Positions 58,511 to 64,000 of a DNA stretch of 64,000 nt are shown here, piece by piece (position 1 is the stretch's first letter; each line of letters opens with the position of its first letter). The DNA is from Bryobacteraceae bacterium (lineage in GTDB: Bacteria > Acidobacteriota > Terriglobia > Bryobacterales > Bryobacteraceae), in the NCBI GenBank assembly GCA_035630195.1, contig DASQLD010000221.1, forward strand, positions 9,528-73,527, in the 5' to 3' direction. A program made the position numbers and the translations under genes. Under the pieces are notes generated by a model that saw only the letters and a list, made by a program, of their open reading frames with translations, had not been told where the DNA came from and ran no database searches.

Positions 58511-59005
58511 GTGGTATCCTTCGCGGGAAGTATGGCAGAGGTAGGAATGTCTATATTCGCAGGGGCAGAACGCCCAATCGCCAGAACAGACCAACTGGTT
58601 TGTGAAGACGTATCAGGGGAGTGCGTCATCTATGATGCAAGCCAGAAAACGGCCCATCACCTCAACTCGACCTTGACATGGATTTGGCATCGATGCGATG
58701 GAAAAAACACTTTAAAAACGTTGGGCTCCGATTTCGACCGGGAGTTTAACGTCAATGACGGTTTTAGTATCGTATTAACCGGCCTGGGGCAACTTGATGA
58801 GCGCGGGCTATTGGAAAATACCATTCCTATAAACGAGCTGATAGCTGCCGAAACATCCTCTATCAGTCGGCGCTCAATGATGATGGGAGGTACCGTTCTC
58901 ATGCCTCTTGTTGTTTCGATTCTCGTTCCCACATCTGCTGCCGCGAAGTCCAAAGAACCTAAACCTAAACCTAAACCTAAACCTAAAACAGCTCCTCGCA
59001 AGTGA
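58511..59005 (+). CDS. PqqD-family (RiPP recognition element-like) protein with a C-terminal twin-Arg/TM segment and a Lys-Pro repeat tail
   Basis: PqqD core LVCEDVSGECVIYDASQKTAHHLNSTLTWIWHRCDGKNTLKTLGSDFDREF...GLGQLDERGLLE. Tail ISRRSMMMGGTVLMPLVVSILVPTSAAAKSKEPKPKPKPKPKTAPRK. The start codon is uncertain (GTG 58511, ATG 58532 or 58547). Confidence 0.65.
   Translation: MVSFAGSMAEVGMSIFAGAERPIARTDQLVCEDVSGECVIYDASQKTAHHLNSTLTWIWHRCDGKNTLKTLGSDFDREFNVNDGFSIVLTGLGQLDERGLLENTIPINELIAAETSSISRRSMMMGGTVLMPLVVSILVPTSAAAKSKEPKPKPKPKPKTAPRK
58958..58987 (+). repeat. Perfect hexanucleotide tandem repeat (CCTAAA)x5 inside the PqqD-like gene
   Basis: Read directly: cct aaa repeated five times, encoding PKPKPKPKPK. 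Confidence 0.95.
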
Positions 59006-59021
59006 AGGTAAGCTTTTCCAA

Positions 59022-60200
59022 ATGGAAAGCGTGTCAACGCTACCTTATCAGAAGGCGGATATTGCGTTATTGTTGTCGGTGTGCCGGGAGGAGTTAGGGA
59101 CAGCCGATAGTTTTGCCAACAATGCATCACTGCTGGATGATCGAAAACATCGCGGGCTCCTGGCTGCGGCGCGTGACCATGGACTACTTGGTCCTCTCCA
59201 CAAAACTGCTTTAAACATATACGCTGCTTCCGACAAAATGGTCAGTTCTATCAGAACTGCTTATCTCGCCCAAGTAGCACGGAACCTGCAACTCATCGCT
59301 GTGCTAAACGAGGTTCTTTGTGAGTTGCGAAGGTACTCTATTGAAGCCGCAGTGCTCAAAGGACCAGCGGTAGCGTTTATTGCCTACAGTGGTGAAATTG
59401 CCCATCGTGAGTTCACTGATCTCGATATACTTGTTCGTCCTGGCGATCTGAAACAAGCGCGAGTCGTTTTGAAAGACCTTGGCTATCGACAAATTAGCGC
59501 GGACGTTTTAGATATGGATACCGCAAAGGATATCGAGTTCCTCAGAGATAACGATCAAGTATTTGTGGAATTGCACTGGGCGCTCAATCCACCAATAAGT
59601 CGCTACCCTTTAGAAGCTACCGGTGTATGGAATCGGCTCCAGACAATTTCACTGTTTAGTAGCTCGCTTCAAACGCTCGGTCTAGAAGATACTCTTATTT
59701 ATTTGTGTATTCACTCATCAAAACATCACTGGCGAAATCTCAAGTGGACCTTCGATATTGCTCAGCTACTTAAATATAAGGTTTGTGACATTGATTGGGA
59801 TACGATGCTTGAACGCTGCTCTGTCGTTGGTTGTAGTGGAACTGTGTCCTTCGGAATACAATTGGCTAGCCTTCTGTTTAGTGTTGAAATACCTGTGGTG
59901 ATGAGACCGTTAATTGCGAAGAATCGCTCTATTACGAGGCTTGTTAGGTGTGTTGGAGATTCACTGTCGAAGGGTAAACCTCTGAGTGAGGCCGATCTCA
60001 TTAGATGTCAAATTGAAGTACACGATCGGTTAGAGGATCGGTTGTGGGCAATGAAGCTATCTTATCCAGATCTTCCTCGCCTTCTTCCGAACGCTCTGAG
60101 GCCTTTAACTGCTGGACGTCTTGGGGTACTCACGAGGCTGGTTAGGTTTTTCTCTATGTACGGGTTTAATTGGGTACGCGCTGTCATCGTGGGCCGTTAA
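59022..60200 (+). CDS. NTP_transf_5-type (uncharacterised nucleotidyltransferase family) protein
   Basis: VLKGPAVAFIAYSGEIAHREFTDLDILVRPGDLKQARVVLKDLGYRQ and VELHWALNP fit the KG....Y.....R...D.D.LV......A...L...GY pattern. The track ORF (58908) starts inside the PqqD gene in another frame; Met39 (MESVSTLPYQ) is the sensible start. Confidence 0.65.
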   Translation: MESVSTLPYQKADIALLLSVCREELGTADSFANNASLLDDRKHRGLLAAARDHGLLGPLHKTALNIYAASDKMVSSIRTAYLAQVARNLQLIAVLNEVLCELRRYSIEAAVLKGPAVAFIAYSGEIAHREFTDLDILVRPGDLKQARVVLKDLGYRQISADVLDMDTAKDIEFLRDNDQVFVELHWALNPPISRYPLEATGVWNRLQTISLFSSSLQTLGLEDTLIYLCIHSSKHHWRNLKWTFDIAQLLKYKVCDIDWDTMLERCSVVGCSGTVSFGIQLASLLFSVEIPVVMRPLIAKNRSITRLVRCVGDSLSKGKPLSEADLIRCQIEVHDRLEDRLWAMKLSYPDLPRLLPNALRPLTAGRLGVLTRLVRFFSMYGFNWVRAVIVGR

Positions 60201-60229
60201 TACGCATTTTAAAACTGACCTAAGTCTAT

Positions 60230-61050
60230 GCCTGAGTACGTTATGACCAAAGGTTGTGTCGCCGGCTGGACATAATAGGCTCTTCCGCACATTCAACAGC
60301 CTAAACATTTTGCGGTGGACCCCAAAGCTGTGAGACAGCCGGTGGGTTGAGAAGTTGGGCTGCGCAGGTGGTAACGCCTTCACACGACTGCATGGCAATT
60401 GAAATGCGATTGCATGCCATTCGGAGTTTCAGTACAGCGGACGATTTTACGCGTGAGTGAGCGGCATCACAACACATAAGCATCCATCCACTCATTGGCA
60501 AACTGCTCCAGTTTTCTGTCGAGTCTCTGGTTCATCCGGCTGATCGTCGAAGCCGAGAACTCATAGCCACACAACTCCACGGTGATCGCCTTATCTTTAC
60601 GTCGATATTCCCTGAACGTACATTTCGGTCAAAGCTCCGACGAGTGCTTTCTCGCTTCGTTGATAGCGCTCCGAAAATCTTGGTGCGGAACCGCCCTTGG
60701 CGATCCTGTGTACCCGCAACTCCAACATGCCAATGTGTGTGACCAAGGTCCGGCCGTAATAGCCGATCGGTAACCCTGACGACTCGCCGTGTGCTCACCC
60801 TTTTATGCGCCGACGCCTTATCCATCTATCCATCTTCGCTTCCATCACTTGCTGGACCACCTCTCTGATCAACGGCATAGCAAATCCTCCTCATCCGTCA
60901 GCACCTCTTTCCAGTCCAGCTTCTCCGCGCCTATTCTGCTTTCGGGGCATCTCCTTTCCTTTCACTCCGCAGTAAACGGAATAGTGAAAGGTCTATCATG
61001 CCCCTTCCTTTTTGCAGTACCTTCGGAGCATAACGCGATATAGAAAGCGA
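60230..61050 (-). mobile_element. IS256-family transposase relic (frameshifted, 3'-truncated)
   Basis: The minus strand from ATG 60948-60950 (AGGAG upstream) reads MPRKQNRRGE.., LDWKEVLTDEEDLL, MPLIREVVQQVMEAKMD, GYYGRTLVTHIGMLELRVHRIAKGGSAPRFSERYQRSEKALVGALTEMYVQGISTK. After a frameshift it reads AITVELCGYEFSASTISRMNQRLDRKLEQFANEW. These match the IS256/mutator consensus (RNGYY.R.L.T..G.L.L.VPR...G.F....FERYQRSEKAL..AL.EMY..GVSTRKV). A 9-bp perfect hairpin sits in its 5' region (60958-60966 / 60983-60991). Boundaries are approximate. Confidence 0.7.
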
Positions 61051-61162
61051 CTGTCCTCGCATACCGCAGCGGTGAGAGACTCGCGTTTGAAAAGGCCTGA
61101 ACCGACGTGTTTCCGTGTTTCAGCGCAGAACTTTGGAGATAACGTCGGTGAGAAACATGGAC

Positions 61163-63331
61163 CTAGAAATTTACACTGACAGAGTTCGATTGACCTATTT
61201 CGTTAGTGGCTGTAATTCCGAGCGACTGTATAAAACGGACTAGATCATCGAGACTGCCATCACTGTCATCGCGTTGCAGATTAAGAGTCAGCGTGATGGA
61301 AAACAAGCCTCCAAATCCTTGCGATACCTCGCTCTGATACCAGACAAGCGATGCGGATTCGACATTCATCGCCAGATTGGTGTTCGTGAACTTCTCACCA
61401 TTTCGAGGCGCAATTTGCACGTTAATTTGACGCAGAGATCGTGTTGTGGAGTAGCCCGAAACTAGTAGTTGCAGACTATTTAGTGTTCGGCTGGTCACGT
61501 CGGCGCCGATGACACGAGGAGCCAATCGATTTACCGTAACACTAGCCGAAGTAGCAGGAGTGGGCGTCAAGTCCAGTCCTCCATTGGTAGCGAAGGACGG
61601 AGTAAGAGAAATCACCCCGGCAACGGTTCCGGTTTGTAATCTTACTCCCATGCTCCCGTTATCGAAGATGGCCCGATCGGTATTGGCTGGAATGGTGAAG
61701 TTGACAGTTCTGCCTCCCGTAGCAAACTGTACGGCTGGGTTTGAGACGAATACTTCTGACACAAAGCCTAACGTTAGGACACCTCGAATCGGGAGGGAAT
61801 ATGGGGATGCGAGACGGATGCCGTATGCAGGTTGTTGCAACGGATCCTGGATGCCTGTAGGACCCTCTATTTGGTAGTCAGGAAGCGCTACAGGCTGCCT
61901 ACCGGAAGCCGATAACGCGAATATAATATTGTCTATTCGAATACTACCGTTGACTGCTCCAGTGTTGTTCGGTGTGAAAACAATTCCAAAGCGAAGTTGT
62001 GCGCCAGCGTTGAGCGCGGTTGGTAACAAAGGTAAAGCATCCAGTGAAAACACTGAATCTCCAGCGACAATGCTGATTGTCGAAAGCGGGGTTGCGCTAG
62101 TACCAGTGTTCTGAATCGTGAAATTTACGCGAGAAGATTCCCCCACGCGTGTTGGAGGAACAATGACAGCATTGCCTTCAGTGAGTGGCGTTGTGCCGGC
62201 ATCATTGGAGTAAGAAAACGTTAGTTTTGATCCAACGGCATTACCAACTAGATCAAACGAGTCGTTACCAACTCGCAGCCGCCCGCGCGACACACCTGGT
62301 TGTGTCGGAGTGAATGTGAGATCGAAAAACTGAGTTTGATTGGGCTTCAGTGTAAGTGGCAAGAAAGGCGCATTCATCACCTGAAATCCTGTGCCGGAAA
62401 CCGTAATCGATGTGAGTTGAAAATCCGCATTTCCACGATTGGTGACACGGAATGTTCGCAACGCGGTTTCATTCAGCGCACTGGAGATGGAAAGTTCTGA
62501 ACTCGGGCTAACCAGCACATAATCTCCATCCGGTGTGCGAACTTCATAATTTAGCTCCGGAGCAGTGCCAGAACCTGCCAAATTAACTTGGTATGAACTA
62601 CCAGAAAGGTCTAGTCGCAAAGTTCCAGTCTGTGGTTGACGGTCTGGTGGTGTAAAACGAACTCCGAATCGAACGTCGCGACCGCTTTCAACGCTTACGG
62701 GAAGCTGCGGAACATCGGTCAACTGAAAAGAAGGACCCGCGATGCTTATGGAACTCACAAAACCGGTACCTGGCCCCTGGTTGCGGACAATGATGGCAAA
62801 GGAAGAGTTGACGCCAACATTGGTTGATGGGAACGTCACCGTACCTCCGGCAGCTACAGCAACGACGTTATTCGTTGTTGGATCTATATAACTTAAAGAA
62901 AAGGTCGCTGGCGATGTAGAACCTTCTACGACAGCCGATAAAGACCCGCTCCCAAAGCTAATATTGAGCTGGCCGGTGGAAGAGCCCAATTGAGTGGGGG
63001 AATACTGCAAAGAAAAACGAACGGACTGACCTGGGTCAACGGCAACAGGTAATAAGGGAACACTGGTCAACTGGAAGTCCCGTCCCGACAAGGAAACACT
63101 GCGGACAGCTCCCGATCCGGTGCCTTGATTGGAAATCACAACATCGGCAATCGCAACAGACGCCACTGGCGCTGGAGCAAACGTCAGGCTCCCGTTGTTC
63201 GTCAACGGAACTAAATTATTGTTCGAGCGAAGAGCATAAGCAACAATGAGGTCCGGAGATCCTGTTTGGGCAAACGCCGCCACACTACCTGCTGCCAGCA
63301 GTGCAAAAGCCAGAGAAAGGCATGACCTCAT
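61163..63331 (-). CDS. Secreted protein built from ~5-6 choice-of-anchor-D / HYDIN-type Ig-like repeats
   Basis: Signal MRSCLSLAFALLAAGSVAAFA. Recurring pattern N.G.G...V.S.S.SG..FQL...P.LP..(L/V).(P/S)G......(L/V).(F/Y).P...G...G.L.(I/L), for example VVISNQGTGSGAVRSVSLSGRDFQLTSVPLLPVAVDPGQSVRFSLQYSPTQLGSSTGQLNI. Confidence 0.7.
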   Translation of the reverse strand: MRSCLSLAFALLAAGSVAAFAQTGSPDLIVAYALRSNNNLVPLTNNGSLTFAPAPVASVAIADVVISNQGTGSGAVRSVSLSGRDFQLTSVPLLPVAVDPGQSVRFSLQYSPTQLGSSTGQLNISFGSGSLSAVVEGSTSPATFSLSYIDPTTNNVVAVAAGGTVTFPSTNVGVNSSFAIIVRNQGPGTGFVSSISIAGPSFQLTDVPQLPVSVESGRDVRFGVRFTPPDRQPQTGTLRLDLSGSSYQVNLAGSGTAPELNYEVRTPDGDYVLVSPSSELSISSALNETALRTFRVTNRGNADFQLTSITVSGTGFQVMNAPFLPLTLKPNQTQFFDLTFTPTQPGVSRGRLRVGNDSFDLVGNAVGSKLTFSYSNDAGTTPLTEGNAVIVPPTRVGESSRVNFTIQNTGTSATPLSTISIVAGDSVFSLDALPLLPTALNAGAQLRFGIVFTPNNTGAVNGSIRIDNIIFALSASGRQPVALPDYQIEGPTGIQDPLQQPAYGIRLASPYSLPIRGVLTLGFVSEVFVSNPAVQFATGGRTVNFTIPANTDRAIFDNGSMGVRLQTGTVAGVISLTPSFATNGGLDLTPTPATSASVTVNRLAPRVIGADVTSRTLNSLQLLVSGYSTTRSLRQINVQIAPRNGEKFTNTNLAMNVESASLVWYQSEVSQGFGGLFSITLTLNLQRDDSDGSLDDLVRFIQSLGITATNEIGQSNSVSVNF

Positions 63332-64000
63332 AAAGATGAACCTGCAGAGTTCGGAATAAAGAAAACAAAAGGTTGATTTCTGGTATCGACAGTGACGGCT
63401 GGATTTCTGCCTGCGGCGTTGTTCAAGAGAAGAACCGCGTCGCCTTGAAGAAGAGAAAGCCCGTCCGGCTTACGATCGAGATTCTGTTCGAACTCCACCT
63501 GCCCTTTCCTGTTAAACCGCCTAATCTTGTTGTCACCAGAAGTAGCGATATAAATTCCATCTGGCCGCACGGCCATGCCGACGGGATTCGCGAGTCCGTC
63601 AACGAGTGTTTGTGGTGTAGGCCCACCGCTCTTATTGACAGTCTTTAGGGAGGAATCAGTCATCACATAGAGGTGCTCTCCAGACGTCTCGAAACCAAGA
63701 GCAACAACACCTTCGACAGAAGTGAAGTTCACCACGCCTTCGTCGGTCCGCGCAATATAAATCTGGCTGCGATCGAATGCGATGGCGATACGGCCGTCAG
63801 AGTGAACTACAAGTCCAGACAATGTAGAGCCGAGATGCGATCCTTCAAAAGCCGGATCAATATCGACGGCACTCCCTTTCAAGTGAATGCGTTGGAGTTG
63901 TTGTGTGGTTGAGGAATATAAAACGGCAGTACCGGCGTCGATGGACCAGACTACTAGAGAAGGGTTCTTTAATAGACGAGTATCTTCAATAACGACGAGA
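63328..64000 (-). CDS. Beta-propeller-like (NHL/YncE-type repeat) protein whose 5' end lies outside the window
   Basis: The track ORF starts at TTG 63882, but the same frame stays open to base 63999 (LVVIEDTRLLKNPSLVVWSIDAGTAVLYSSTTQQLQRIHLKGSAV...). Repeated GL..P.G.AV..DG.IY..(D/T) motifs. 4-nt overlap with the downstream gene. Confidence 0.55.
   Translation of the reverse strand, partial: LVVIEDTRLLKNPSLVVWSIDAGTAVLYSSTTQQLQRIHLKGSAVDIDPAFEGSHLGSTLSGLVVHSDGRIAIAFDRSQIYIARTDEGVVNFTSVEGVVALGFETSGEHLYVMTDSSLKTVNKSGGPTPQTLVDGLANPVGMAVRPDGIYIATSGDNKIRRFNRKGQVEFEQNLDRKPDGLSLLQGDAVLLLNNAAGRNPAVTVDTRNQPFVFFIPNSAGSSL

Noticed and set aside
58908-59021. N-terminal 38 codons of the track ORF for the nucleotidyltransferase (reads ...NLNLNLNLNLK...)
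   Set aside because: This is the hexanucleotide repeat read in another frame inside the PqqD-like gene. Met39 at 59022, 16 nt after the PqqD stop, is the plausible start.
55394-60200. Interpreting the kinase/PqqD/nucleotidyltransferase genes as a lasso-peptide biosynthetic cluster
   Set aside because: There is no transglutaminase-like leader protease, no adjacent Asn-synthase-like cyclase and no credible precursor ORF. The only AsnB homolog is 30 kb away inside the EPS operon and has a full N-terminal domain.
60228-60275. 15-aa ORF MPEYVMTKGCVAGWT just downstream of the nucleotidyltransferase gene, as a possible precursor peptide
   Set aside because: It has no Shine-Dalgarno sequence and lies in the tail of the IS256 relic. 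It has no Ser/Thr-rich C-terminus. It is indistinguishable from chance.
1-64000. Search by eye for tRNA, rRNA, CRISPR arrays and other tandem arrays
   Set aside because: I found no rRNA-like or tRNA-like conserved blocks. I found no spaced direct repeats of 25-40 bp apart from the R1/R2 pair. The (CCTAAA)x5 tract is a coding microsatellite, not a CRISPR. Small RNAs cannot be excluded without covariance-model scans.

Overview
This 64-kb window has moderate GC content. Its domain repertoire suggests a soil Acidobacteriota-like genome, but that is inference only: DUF4082, choice-of-anchor-D, exosortase-type EPS hallmark families, TonB-C, and cytochrome-c/redoxin proteins.

Bases 1-48683 form one almost uninterrupted minus-strand array. 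A NusG-paralog antiterminator (48081-48683) heads a very large polysaccharide (EPS/capsule-like) locus containing:
- a priming phosphoglycosyl transferase
- two oxidoreductase/aminotransferase modules for amino sugars
- a formyltransferase/SDR/aminotransferase module
- a Wzx-like flippase and a Wzy/O-antigen-ligase-like polymerase
- six intact glycosyltransferases (3x GT4/GT-B, 2x GT2, 1x GT32), plus a decayed GT2 paralog
- YdjC-type and CE4-like deacetylases
- an asparagine-synthase-like, GNAT/FemAB-like and FemAB trio
- an AT3 acyltransferase and an SGNH hydrolase
- a carbamoyltransferase/DUF5989/SxtJ triad
- a beta-helix protein
- a Wzz-like / ExeA-like ATPase / BY-kinase trio (8.1-11.6 kb)

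Downstream of the locus lie secreted DUF4082, toroid-WD40 and Ig/PHP proteins.

The locus carries decay and mobility scars: a GT2 pseudogene, a frameshifted IS630-family element inside the operon, and an IS21-family relic just behind the antiterminator.

The plus-strand side (49.5-60.2 kb) encodes:
- a 1278-aa LamG/Ig/galactose-oxidase-like protein
- a cytochrome-c/DBH-like protein convergent with a split redoxin
- a compact 5-gene cassette: inactive-MPN/TonB-C protein, VanZ, HprK-like kinase, membrane-anchored PqqD/RRE protein, NTP_transf_5 nucleotidyltransferase

I consider that cassette the best candidate for an uncharacterised system. It is followed by an IS256-family relic, then by a choice-of-anchor-D protein and a partial beta-propeller protein.

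I saw no rRNA, tRNA or CRISPR array. All family assignments come from motif reading by eye, not from searches.
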